Positions 25,976 to 38,635 of a stretch of 64,000 bases of DNA are shown piece by piece. This DNA comes from Glaucostegus cemiculus (Eukaryota), in contig CDPCPM010000019.1 in the NCBI GenBank assembly GCA_976551045.1, positions 1,550,001 to 1,614,000 on the forward strand, read 5' to 3'. The first letter of the stretch is position 1. Each line of letters opens with the position of its first letter. Made by a program: the position numbers and the translations under genes. The notes below the pieces were generated by a model, which saw only the letters and a list, made by a program, of their open reading frames with translations, was not told the origin of the DNA and did no database searches.

Positions 25976-27130
25976 TGTGGGGGAGGAGAGCATATCCACC
26001 AGGGGATGGATCAAAGGTAAGGAGAGAAAGAAAAAAGATAAAAGGGGTAGAAAAGCAGGCAGTCAACATTTCAGGTCAGGAAAAAGAGGGGCTAGGAAAG
26101 GGAAGAAGGGAAAGTATGGTGGGGGGGATGGGTTTTGGGGATTACTTAAAGTGAGAGAATTTGATGTTCATGCCGTTAGACTGTAAAGTTCCAAGACGGA
26201 AAATGAGGGGCTGTTCCTCTAGTTTGTGCTTGGAATTCTCCTGGCAGTGGAGGAGACAGGGGTCTGACATATCTGATAGTATGGGAGGGGGAGTTGAAGT
26301 GACTGGAAACGGGGAGATGCAAATCACAGTTACAAACAGAGCACAGGTGTTCTGTGAACACAGTCACCTTCTCTGTGTTTGGTCTCATCAATGTAGAGGA
26401 GGCCACACTTGGAACACCAAATGCAGTAGTTGATATTGAGACAGGTGCAGGTGAATCTCTGTCTCACCTGAAAGGACTGTTTGGGCCCCTGGATGGAGGT
26501 GGTGTAGGGGCAGGTGTTGCACCTATGGATGGGCAGTGGAAATTTCCCGGGGCGGGAGCACGATGGGTAGGAGTGAACTAGGGAGTTGTGGAGAGCGTGG
26601 TCCCTGCAAAAGGCAAAAGTTGTGGTTGATATGCTTGGTAGTGGGGTCCCGTTGGAGACAGCGTAAGTGGCGGTGAATGCTGTGTTGGATACGTAGGCTG
26701 GTAGGATGAGATGCGAGGACAAGGGGGACCCTATCCCTGTTGGGTCTGGGAGGGGTGGGGGTGAGAGCAGAAGTCTGAGAAATGGCAGAGGTATGGGTGC
26801 AAGCTCCCTCGACCACAGTCTAACCTCCCGTGACTTTTTTTTTTCCTTTCTTTCCCTACCTTTGACCCATCCCCCAGTGGATCTGCTCTCCCCCACACTT
26901 CCTATCACCATCTTTTACCTGCATCTACCTATCATCACCTTATGCCCACCCTGCCTCCCTTCTTTTGTCCACATATCACTGCTCTGCTTTTCCCTGCTAT
27001 ATATTGGGCTTCTCCTTTTCCTATCTTCAGTCCTGAAGAAGGGCCCTGACCTGAAACGTTGACTGCCTGCTTTTCTCCACAGATGTTCCCTGGCCTGCTG
27101 AGTTCCTCCAGCATCATCATGTTTTCCCTC
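25976..27130 (-). mobile_element. Penelope-like element (GIY-YIG region) with an inverted pseudo-LTR at its 5' side
   Basis: RCNTCPY..IQGPKQSFQVRQRFTCT..NINYCIWCSKCGLLYIDETK. About 25980-26037 and 26052-26080 are reverse complements of about 26836-26893 and 27046-27073. Confidence 0.9.
27028..27065 (+). ncRNA. Minimal type I hammerhead ribozyme motif in a Penelope pseudo-LTR
   Basis: CAGUC-CUGAAGA-AGG gcccuga CCU-GAAA-CG-UU-GACUG: 5-bp stem I, CUGANGA box, stem II, GAAA box, loop-less palindromic stem III (ACGU), cleavage triplet GUU. Confidence 0.75.
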
Positions 27131-27961
27131 TATTGCTAAATTGTGAATATACAACATTTTTGATTTTCACCCCAGAGGATTCCTTTTTGTTTTTAAAAAA
27201 CCTCTCTCTAACGGTATAATATCTAAGGTACTGATTGTGGGATGATTGCAGTAAACCATATGCCTGAAATAAAAGACTTTACATTAGATTTGAAACAATT
27301 GTGTTTGATTACTGTTTTGTCGTGAAGTATTTTAAAACATGAATATTAGAGCTACTGAAGTTCTGCCTTCATTATCTTGCTCAGAAATCAGTTAATTCAT
27401 CATAGATATTCCACTGCTTTATCTCCAAGCTTTATCATGTAAACATACCTAGAAAGGATGATGATGAGCCATTTACTTTCACCTTTCAATAGAAAGCAAA
27501 ATCTCTGAATTTTGCTCTTATTTTCATATCCTCTATCCAAATCTCACACTTACAATGTAGATAACATCAAGAATTTTGTACATGACTGTTGCATTGATCC
27601 AACAATTTACTGTTACATTGTAAAGTTATTTTCCTTACAGCTTGTAAATCTACAATTCCAAAAAGCTGGCAACTTCAGATGGACAGTTTCAACCAAAACA
27701 ACATTTCAGATGCACCAGAACGAAACACCCTGATGGACATCTTAAATGTTTCAAGATTGTGGCCTTACTTTAATCCAAAAATCCATCCATATTTCTAAAC
27801 TCTATTTTTTAAAAAAAAGCAGACCACAACCACTGGAGATCTACAAACATATAACCTCATCAATAATGCAATATGGAACCAAAGAAAAATATTAAAACAT
27901 AACTACTACTAAAATACAAAAAGGAGAAAAACCCAATTCCAATTTCAACTGGAGTACTTAC

Positions 27962-28000
27962 ACCTGCAGACAGAAATGAGCACAGAAACATGCGCTTCAT
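27962..28000 (-). CDS. RAI14: Probable alternative first coding exon of the same gene (MKRMFLCSFLSAG)
   Basis: Minus strand: cagcaacacg ATG AAG CGC ATG TTT CTG TGC TCA TTT CTG TCT GCA GGT|gtaagt. It has A at -3, 13 codons and a consensus donor in phase 0, matching the phase-0 acceptor at 19904 (intron 8057 nt). It resembles the ANKRD35 N-terminus MKRIFSCS as recalled, and lies in a TE-poor stretch. Confidence 0.7.
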
Positions 28001-29309
28001 CGTGTTGCTGTGGTTCTTATCTCCTGCTTTTCACTTGTCAAAATCTGGTAGAAAGTGTGCTGCTTTAAAATTTTAAACACAGTACTGAGGAACAAGTATT
28101 CTCAGTACTGTTAAATCAAAGCAATGCATTGAGAATACACATACTAGACCCTATTCAATAGGACTCTGCCATCTTTCAGAGCCTAGTGTCATTCAGTTTT
28201 ATACAATAAAGAATTTCTATTGTATGATGGTACAAGAGGATATCTGGAACCAACCATTTGTGTGTTACTGAGATACCAAATTGTAATGACATACTATTCA
28301 TATTAAGCAAACAAGGCAAGGAGGAGGATGACACCATGTTGGCACAGTTAGAAAAGAATGAGACAGCTTTGCTTCAAAACAAATGATAGCAGCCGGAATT
28401 GGGCAATTATATCTTGGCTGTAAGGCATAGTTCATTTGTTGACTTTGGAAACTTTTAATAGAAGAGGAATGGTTGATATCAGATGACGTTTTTATTAGTT
28501 CATGTTCACAGGTCGCATCATTTGAGGAAACTGAATGTTAAACCAACAGGGAGTGGTTAAGAAAATCTCTTACAATGCCGAAGTTTAATAGTCTTACAAA
28601 AGCAGATGGGTAGCAATATTTATGCAGTATAAGACAGTACACAGGTTATCGATATTGCATTAAAGTCCTTTGGATTTGTTGCTTTATCCACAGATATTAG
28701 TTAATAGAAAATATTGTTTATGTTAGATCATAACCTTGAGTGGTGGTGTGATGCAGGTCCTGTTACAATTTAAAACAAACAGTGAAAGGGCTAGGGAACA
28801 TTTCACAGCTTTGAGTGTTTCTATGTATTTGCTTGGGTTCAACAGTTAAATCCATATCCAACTTCAATGCTGCCATTAAGAGAATTCTGACATCCACAAT
28901 GTTAAAAAAAAGACTTGTTCTTGCATTGTTCAAGGGGATGAATACACTCACCAATACAGCACACATATACTCATCCTTGCTGAGAGTCAATGCCTTTAGG
29001 CGGAAGAAAACAAAAATCAAGAAAGGAAAACAATATGCAATATATTGCATTCTAAGGTGCCTGTTACAAACTATCACAGAGTCATGGCAAAATGTAATAA
29101 TACAAGGGCAGAAGGGTGTTGAGAAGAATGGGGAGGTTTACACAAAGAGTGAACAGCAAATAGTGGTTATTATCATGATGAGCATGAATATGGATGAGTA
29201 CATGTATGAATGGGAATGCAAATATGAATGAGGTACTATCTAACACATGAAACAGCCAATCACACTGACAAATTCCCACAGAAGTACAAACAAGCAAAAG
29301 ATGGGAGTT

Positions 29310-29405
29310 TAAGCTCTGACAAAGTGTCTTGGACCTGAGCCAATAACTGTTTCATTTTCCATGCTGTCTGACCCGCTGAATGTTTCCAACATTTCGTTTT
29401 TACTC
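29310..29405 (+). mobile_element. Decayed solo Penelope pseudo-LTR
   Basis: ctctgacaaagtgtcttggacctgagc...atgctgtctgacccgctgaatgtttccaacattt matches the other pLTR copies. Confidence 0.55.
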
Positions 29406-32400
29406 AAAATTAGATTTTTAACCACATTATATTGAATTACAACTGGTTCTGCTTGCTCACAGTGAAACAGCTTCGATTAACATCACAGACTCAAAATGAA
29501 TATTATTTAAAGGGTTGGACAGCTCTCCTGCAGTCAGAGGTAGATTGGCTACAGAGTTCTTGCCAAACATACTTTAGGGCTGACCCTAACCAGGCAGGAA
29601 GCTGTCAGCGAAGTTCCAGCAAGTGCATGACTGCCTTCAATGAATGGTTACACTTTTGGGAGGTCTGCAAATCATCAAATGAAGCTTTGAGATGGGAGTT
29701 CTCTAAAATTCTGTAATGCTGAAACCAGCAGTAAAGTGTCATCTATGTGATATAACTCAGCAGAGCAATCCTGCAAAGATCCTGAGGCAAACTATCTGAT
29801 AGCAAGGGTAACCATGACTTTCAAGTTGAGGGCAGTGCAGGCACTTGAGTTTGTTTACCATTCAAGGTTTCTCTAGTAAACAAACGCAAGTTGTTACACT
29901 GATCTCAACATGAAAGTCAGCATCATCTTCACCATCAAAGGATTTGTCTCAAGATCCTTGTAGCCTCCCTCCTGAGATATGACACACTGCTACATTGCAC
30001 AAGTCAAGAAAATCTCTACACTGTAAAATGGAATCCTTTCATAGTTGATAAATGCAGCTTTTGTATTCATACCCATAAAGGGGCAGTGCAGGTCTCCCAG
30101 AGTGCTCACATTTATAAAGGACAATTATGTCCATGGCAATAAGATGCCCCTTTCATGCATTATTCTTCAAAAGCCTTTAGAGTTCCTTCAACTGCTTGAA
30201 AATTCTACCAGCCCCTCCCAGTAGTTTAGAAAGAGTGCTGGTTTGTGTAGCGGTGTGATTTTTGTTTAAATGGCATCATTCCTAGTTGAGAGTTGCGAAG
30301 AAAGGCATTATAAAAGCAGAAAATAAGACACATTCACCTGCTGTTCCTCAGAGTATTGCTATTTTGGAACAGATACCAAGGAATTGCACATTTGCTAAGA
30401 CTGCGATAACAGGGGAAAATATGCAGATTAATTTGTAAGCCAAGGTGTTCAGCAAAGCAAAGAAAGCAGTAGTATTGGACGAAGAGAATGTTGCAGTACT
30501 ATACAGAGGGATCAAGGACAGGATATGTTTGGCTTGGTTAAGAAACAATACAAGTGCCATTATAATATTAAGTGCATGATATAGGCTTACCAGCCAGTGG
30601 AAATGTTACAGAAGGACAATTTAGTTCAGAGGTAAAAGCACCATTGATAATGGGGACTTCAATTATTTTAACATATGCTGCAAAATTAATAATGTAAAGA
30701 GTAGAGAGTGTCTTCTGGATAAATTCCTTGACCAGTATTTTCCAAACTCAACAAGGAAAGTAGTACTGCAGGATTCCAAGGAGCAAGGTTGATCGAGTGG
30801 TGCATCTGTCCATAGAGGAACATTTAGGGAACAGTAATCATAACATCATTAGCTATGAAGGTTGACAAAAGAAATATCATCTGAGATCCAAAAGTGGATT
30901 ATCCCTTTCCTTTCACACATCTTAAGTAAACTGATTTTCTTCTTTATTCATTTATTTTTCAATGGCAGGTGTCAATGGCGAGGTCAGCATTTATTGCCAA
31001 TCTCTAATACTCCAAGGTGGTGCTGGTCAGCTACATTCTAGAACACTCAGCAGCAATAAAGGAACTATCAGGTTTTGCCAGACATTGATAATACTGCACA
31101 ACTGTGATCATCGACTGGAGATGTGCACAATATTTTCAGCGGATTGCCCTTTAAGCCAACACCCAAGGACATGAGATTTTCAAGAACAAAGCAACACATT
31201 ATAGCTGATCAGCCAGCTAGTCTAATATACACAATAGGGAAAAGATATGCGTTAGCTTCATGTTTACTTGTAGATCATAGAGATTATTTTAAAAGCTTGG
31301 TTCTAAAAACCAAAATCATGCCTATAACTATATGAGGATTCTTTTTAAAAAAGGAGGCATGCTGTGATTATAAAGTTTTCAAGCATTGTTATTTATATTT
31401 CAATGAGCCAATGTACATATCATTTGCTCTGTACATAGCAGCATTGGAGCAATAGATAAGAAAGTTAAAGGAAGATTTTCCCCTCCCCAGTTCTGGCCCT
31501 CTTGCTGAGCCAAGGAAATCTGCCTAGTATTTTGCTCTTGACCTCGTCTTGGGAAAGTGAACATTTCACATCAAATGTTTAGCATTTGACCATAAACTTG
31601 TAAAGTAAAATATTAATAACTAAACAATTAAAAAAATTGGTAATTTTATGATACCGCACACAATGTTACCATCAGCATTTTCTAGTTTATGTGTACATGC
31701 ACACACTCTTCACTTCCCTATTTTTCTTCCTGTGGCACAAAAATTTAATATTTTCAACTGCTCATTTTCACCAGCTATGAAAAATAGGACTGCAATGATC
31801 AATTGAAACATTCTTGTGCCTAATACAACTGAACATAGTTATTAAGTGTCAGCAGGTAAGCAGTCCAGAACATAAACTACAGGTTACCCCCCTGCATTAT
31901 GGGAGTGGGCAGGACTGTGATCCTAGACAACGTAATACAAAGCCACGTCATCTATACATGCATTAAGAACATGATTTGTATTAATGTATTTACTTATTCC
32001 CCCACACAAACTTCGTGACAGCAAATTTTATTTTGTACCTCAAATTTTTCGATAGTGAATTGTGAATTCTGCAACAGAGAATTTCCCCATTCCAAACAGC
32101 CATAATGTGGGGGTGTCTGTACTCAAGCAGACACGAGACACATTTGCATATCTGGCATGCATATCACGTGAATCTGATGGTTCTTGAACTTTGCAGCCTA
32201 AGATTGCTAAGAATCTCAAATGCCATCTTCCATTGAACTCTCAGTCCCCATAATTGCTTAAGCCTTGGCCATGAAATGCAATGTTTAAAACCTCAAACCA
32301 AGTTTTGGTGCAGTTTTTCAGGAAAAATGAATACTGGCTTTAAAAGTTCCCAGATAGATTTCACCTATAAAAAAATTATAGCTGAGAAATTCTATTTTTA

Positions 32401-32914
32401 TTAGTACATTATCGATGTGTTTTTAACATCTTTTACTATATGTAAAATGTATTCCTGCACTTCCTGAATTTCATAGTATGCTATCCTTGATTTTGGTAAA
32501 ATTTTCTCTACTATAACAGAGCATAACAACACATTATAGTGAAGGGAGTTATTCCACAGCATAACCTTCTCAAAGTGCCTCCACAAAAAAAACAGATTTT
32601 ATTATGTAGCTTCCGCAAACACAGACCAAACCTAATGACGCCAATGTCTTTCTAGTGGGAAGAGTACACAAGTCCACCAATTGCCTTAATCAGTTTATAG
32701 CACTTTGTCCTTTGAGCCAACTATTTACAACTGCAAAGAGAAGATTAGTGTGATGATTGACAGGCAATTAAAATGATGAAAGGGGTAGCAGATCAGCTTT
32801 CTTACAATGAATCCAGAAGGATGAGGCACAGATACATAACTGAAGATGTAGACGTCACCAACCTTGTGAATGAATGAAACTATGATCTGTATTTTAATTC
32901 TCAATAATTAGCAG

Positions 32915-33230
32915 AAAGTGCTACTCAAGCCCAATACAGCATCACAGCTCCAATGACCCAGGTCCATTCATGAGCTCTGGAGCAGTCTTACAAGTTTCCT
33001 CTGGGTGCTCCCATTTCCTCCCACATCCAAAAGATATGTGGGTCAGTAGGTTAATTGGTCATTGTAAATTGCCTTCAGTGTGTGGTGAGTGATAGAATCT
33101 ATGGCAGGTTGTAAGGAATGCACAAAAAGTAAAATGGGGTTAGAATAGGACCAGTGTAAAATGGATGCTCAATAGTTGGCACAAACTTGGTGGGACAAAC
33201 AATCTGTTTCAATCATGTATGGCTATATCT
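32915..33230 (+). mobile_element. V-SINE with CR1-type tail
   Basis: cacagctccaatgacccaggtccattc head; gtttcctctgggtgctcccatttcctcccacatccaaaaga V core. Confidence 0.8.
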
Positions 33231-35089
33231 CTGTCAGAAACTGAAACCAGCAAGACAATCCAAGGTAGCTAAAATGTGATGTTACCAATTCATCCAGCAT
33301 AACTTCCCTTTCAACATTACACATGTATTGCCATTGTTTATTTAAAGTTTCTAGGGTCATTTTGCAAGTTTACCATTGCCATAGGAACAGGCAGCAAGAA
33401 TAATTATTAATTAGAACCTTCAGGGGAAAAAAACAGGCTAATTAGCTCAAATTATCTCTTTTAGCATTCACAGTGTAAATAAAATTTCTTCCACTCTAAT
33501 TATAACCACTTTCCAATCAATAATAGGCATACATTAGTGGATATATACCCAAACAGCACAATAATCAAAAGTCTCATGGGAAATTTGGACAACAATGTTG
33601 CTAACTGAGCATATTCCTTCACCTTAATTACAACTCTGCAAAGCATCGTCCTTTAATAAGAGTAATAAATGCTCTATACATTCTTTGCTGAATATCTGCA
33701 GTGAAATGGTAGGAATATGAAATATAGCTTAAGTACGTAAATGTATGCAAAATCCCAGCACCTCCTCTTTTCAACAACCCAACTCACTGGCTTAGCACAC
33801 CTTTAATACAACCTTTATTTTTCTGTCATTCCCGACATTATAGCCTTCAGCAACCGGAGAAGTACTGTCCACTGATTTTTACCTGGACCTCTGCACTTCT
33901 CCATCTCCTCATCCTTTAAAATGCTTCAGAAAAGTCATCAAGCTTCAGTGATATCTCCTAGCCATCCTTCCTGCTTGGCACCAGTTTTCTTATGTCTATG
34001 TGCAGAGAACTGTGGGATGTAACTTCAGTCAAATAAACAGAGTGAACGCAAACCATCATTCCTCCAACTTATGCTTCATTTCCTTTTATTTCATACCATG
34101 AGAATTTTATCCATCATTTTCATCCTCACCTGTTCCAATTCTCTTCCCATACATTTTCATTAAATGTGCTAATGAACGCAACACCCCTTCTCTACACTTC
34201 AAAGCTTTCATAGCCCATTCCAGAGTAATGTAGGACCATACTTGTCATTTGTTCATTGTTCAAGGGCTGCAGTGCATCAATTCTCCCTTTTTTCCTTTGT
34301 ACAACATCCTCAGACTTGGCTCTCAACTACCCTGCTGAAAATTTAAATATCTTATTTCCTTAATAGTTTTTGTGAAATTTAAGCTATGTAAACGGACTTT
34401 GAAAAAGCAGCGGATGGCACAGGTAGGTAGCTCAGAACAGAGATTCAAAAGGTCCACAACCTCCATACTGAATGCAAATATCTATAATATCACAAGCAGA
34501 ACCAGGTTACGAGCATTTTTTTTTGCAAGAGCATCAGAAGCATGCAAGGTCAAGCAGTCAGATGTAATGTGGATGAAGGCAGGTGCCATTTATAGCAGCA
34601 GGAATCATACACCATTAGAACAAACAATGAATGTCAAGAGAAAAGTGGCTGAAGCTTTGCAGCCTATTGTGGCTGAGGTAAAAGGGAAGATCCAGCCATA
34701 CCAGCTGCTGACAGGAAACATTTAAACACAGCATGATCAGCAGATTGGCACAGGGTTTTTCCACAATAAATGTTAGGTTATGATTTTTGTGTTGTTACCC
34801 AAATACATCATACAAAAGTTGTCATGCAGGAAATAAAGGTAATTGTGGCTGGTGACCATTTGGAAGGCTCCTAATGTAATAATCAACCTATTATCAGGTT
34901 TCCAATGGAGAACTAGACCAAGCACAATTTTCAGAAGAAGCTGATTTGAGGGTGAAAATTAATTGAACCAGGACTTGCAGATATTGTTCACTTCCATTAA
35001 AGTCCTTTCATCAATGGAGTCATATATATAGATATATGACTGAACAACTGCGAGACAGGGAGGCAACAACTTATGTAGTGCAGTTGATA

Positions 35090-35830
35090 CAAGAACAGTA
35101 GAAAACAGGAGCCGAAGTCACAGCCCCTCCCTCACCACCATTTGATAAGATCACGACTGATCTACCCAAGGCTTCACCTCTTTTGTGCCACTTCTGCATA
35201 GCCTTGATGTTCCAAAATTTTCTTTAAATACCTCCAAGGATAAGGCCTCCAAAACCCTCTGGTGATAAAAAAAATTGCACTGAGTGGTGAATCTCTGCAA
35301 GTTCCCTGCACACTTTAGTTTTAAATAACAACTTCCCATCCTTGTAACTATGTCTCCTCATTTGAGATTATCCCACCTATGGAAACATCCTAATATCCAC
35401 CCTGTCATGTCCCCCAAGGATCTTGCACATCTCAATAAGATCACCCTTTATTTTCCCAAACTCCAAAAGAATATAAATATAATTTCCTTAGCTTCTTGTT
35501 ATAGGATAAATCTCTTATCCTGGGAATTACCTAGTGAATCTCTTTTGGACTGCCTCCAATGCCAGTATATCCTTTAAATCTGTGTGTGGGTGCAGTTTCA
35601 CCAGGACTCTGCACAATTGTAACAGTACTTCCCTAGTTCTAAACTCCAACCCTCTTGCAAAAACCAAGATACCATATTCCTTGCGACCTACTTGCTGCAC
35701 ATGCCTGCCATATTCCTTTCGACCTTTTGCAGTTCTTCCACAAGAACACATAGATCTATACTTCACTTACCTTCAATCTTTTTCTATTTTGATAATAGTC
35801 TGCCTTTAGATTCTACTTACTAAAATGCAA
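35090..35830 (-). mobile_element. CR1 3' fragment
   Basis: ARGLEFRTREVLLQLCRVLVKLH...KDILALEAVQKRFTR. Confidence 0.8.
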
Positions 35831-35844
35831 GATATTAAAGTCAG

Positions 35845-36100
35845 GGTCATATAGAGACACAGCATGGAAACAAGCCTTTTGGCATCCTAGTCTAAGCCAA
35901 CTATCAACCATCCATTGACAGTCATCCCATTTTTATTCTCCCCATTTACTCAGCAATTTCCTCCAGATTCTACCACAAACCTACACACCAGGGGTAATTT
36001 GCAGTGGTCAATTAACCTACCAATCCACACAATCATGTGGGAGGAAATTGGAGGACCCAAAGGAATCCCATGCAGTCACAGGAAGAATATGCAAACTCAG
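35845..36100 (-). mobile_element. V-SINE with CR1-type tail
   Basis: ggaaacaagccttttggc tail; tgtgggaggaaattggaggacccaaaggaatccca is the reverse V core. Confidence 0.75.
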
Positions 36101-37959
36101 CAAAAGAATTTCCAAACTTCAGTATCATTGCAGCCATTACATGATGTCTGCTTCAGTATAGCTAGAACCTTTACAATTAACCTTTGGTCTCCTAAGAACT
36201 TGCTTCAGTGCACCTGCTTTTTTTGGCATGTTATTCCATCAAGCTTATCAAGTATTTGAATGCTTGCCTGCAATGATGAAGTTGGATGCAGCTAGCCAGG
36301 TTACGCTCAGTAATCTGATTGACTGTAAAGCCAACCGTTGAAACTCTTACTCAGCCAGCCAAGGAACCTGTTCTTTTCTATGCAGATTCCAGTTTCATAA
36401 CAGTCAGCAAGATATAAAATGCGCGTGTTATTTCAATTACACCTTGAAAAGTACACAACTTAGGTGACCAATAGATTTTTTGCAAAAATGTTACCAGCTA
36501 AGGGCAAAATCTGATGGAACCTTCTCTGCATCCTACTTCAAAGAGTTTGTTAAAGCAATGAGAGGTAACAATGGCATCTCAATCCGTGATTGTGGAAAGG
36601 CTAGATTTATTACCCATCTTAAGTAGCAATTTTTTAAAAATATATTACTGAGTACCTCGTGGAGCTGCTTCAAAGTAGAGCACATAATGAGATATTGTGT
36701 CACTTGCACATCAAATTGGGTGGAGATACTGGCTTACTAATTACCTTTACTGAAGAAAGCTAACCATTAGCTTCAGGACATTGCCCTTGAGTCTCTACTC
36801 GTAATGTCCTGGAGAAGAGATAATCGACCTCCAGCAATCATAGCAATCTTCCTTTGTGTAAGCAATGGCTCCAGCCAATAGAACATGTTCTCATCAGCTC
36901 AAACCAACTTCCATGTTTAATCAAGGGTTCTTGGAGGCACACTTGATCAAATACTGCCTTGATGTAAAAAGAGTACAGGTACCTCTGGCAAAACCTAAAG
37001 CTTACAGTTTTTGTTGAGTCAATAGCCCATAAAAGCATCCTTAACTTTGCTAATGAATGAAAATGGATCAATTGAATAGTCATTAGTTAGATTGGATGTG
37101 TCCTTTTTTTGTGGACAGAGCATCTCCAAGCAAATTTCCAGTGTTGAATAGATTCCAATGTTATAAATTTTGGAACAACCTGGTCAGTTCCAGAGGCCAG
37201 CTTTACATTCACTACAGCACAATGTTTCCTGATCCAAGAGCCTTTGCTATGCTTCAGTCCTTGCAGTCATATAGCATAGGCACTCAATCAAGTTTTCCGA
37301 AAGCTAGTTTCTGTAGTGAGGTGGAAACCTTAGGAGGAAGCCAAGCTGGAATATCTCCTTTGCGCTTCTCAAATGAAGTTGGTTGCACATCATTTTTGGC
37401 ACTTACCTGCCAAGGTCAGGCAAATTTATGGCCAAAATGTCCATACAGCTGCTAATCCCATTGTCATCTTCCAAAATTCCACCGATTAGAAAGCATTCCC
37501 ATTGATTTGAAAGTAGCAAAAGTAATCCCAATATCTTAAAATAAAAGGGAACCATAGACCATTTAGCTGAGCACATGTATTAGGGAAAATGTTGAAGTCC
37601 ATCATCAAGGTGACAGTAGAAGAGCCCTGAGAAAATAATTCAATTGGGCAGAGTCAATATGAATTTAAGAGAAATAATACATACAAACTTGAAGTTCTGA
37701 GATTGTAAAATGTGGAAGAGACAAGAGAAAAACAGTTGATGTGGTGTATTTGAACTTTCAGAAGGCCTTTGATAACATTCCACTCAAGAGACAATTAAGC
37801 AAAATCAGAGTATACTGTGTTAAAGGTAATATAGTTTTGTGGATTAAGAATTGGTTGATGGAGATAGAAAGCAGAAGGTAGGTTGGGAGCCTATGACTTG
37901 AACTCAGTGGACCAGCGCTGGAACCTAGCTCTTTACATTCTAGATCAATGATCTGAATC

Positions 37960-38635
37960 TAAAAACATACAGCAGAGGAACAGGCCCTTCAGCCCACAAT
38001 CTTATGCCACACTAATTAGACTAGTAATTAAATGCCAAACTAATCCCTTCTGTTTAAACAATCCCTCCATTCTCTGTACATTCACCTGCCTAAGATCCTT
38101 TTAAAAACTTCTATCATATTTGCCTCCACCACTGCCCCCTGGCAGCACATACCAAGCACCCACCACTCTAAAAAAAAAACAACCTTGCATCACACATCTC
38201 CTTTGAACTTCCTCCCCTTCTCCTAAAGTGCATGCCCTCCAGTATTAGACATTTCAATCCTAGGGACAAAGATACCAGCTGTCTACTCGATGCCTCTCAA
38301 TTTTATACACTTCTCTCAGATCTCCCCTCAGCCTCTGATGCTCCAGAGAATACAACACTACTTTGTCCAACTTCTCCTTATAGCATATAACCTCTAATCC
38401 AGGCAGCATCCTGGATCAGACCTCTTCTGCACCTTCTCCAAAACCCCCGCCTCCTCCTTATAATGGGGCAAACAGAACTGAATGCAATATTCCAAATGCA
38501 GTCTAACCAGAGTTTTATAAATGCTGCAACATAACCTCCTGACTCTTATACACAATGCCTCAACTAATAAAGGCAAGCATGCCATACGCCTTCTTCACCA
38601 TCCTATCAACCTGAGCAGCCTCCTTCAAGGGCCCT
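37960..38635 (-). mobile_element. CR1 3' fragment nested in an older CR1
   Basis: YKTLVRLHLEYCIQFCLPHY...LEKVQKR; tail gaacaggcccttcagcccaca. Confidence 0.85.

Noticed and set aside
28763-29297. Overlapping 70-138 aa ORFs on both strands
   Set aside because: Low-complexity composition, no domain resemblance and no splice support.
35672-35725. 18-nt imperfect direct repeat (ccatattcctt.cgacct) with an 18-nt spacer, superficially CRISPR-like
   Set aside because: Only two copies, inside a decayed CR1 in a vertebrate genome; a local duplication.
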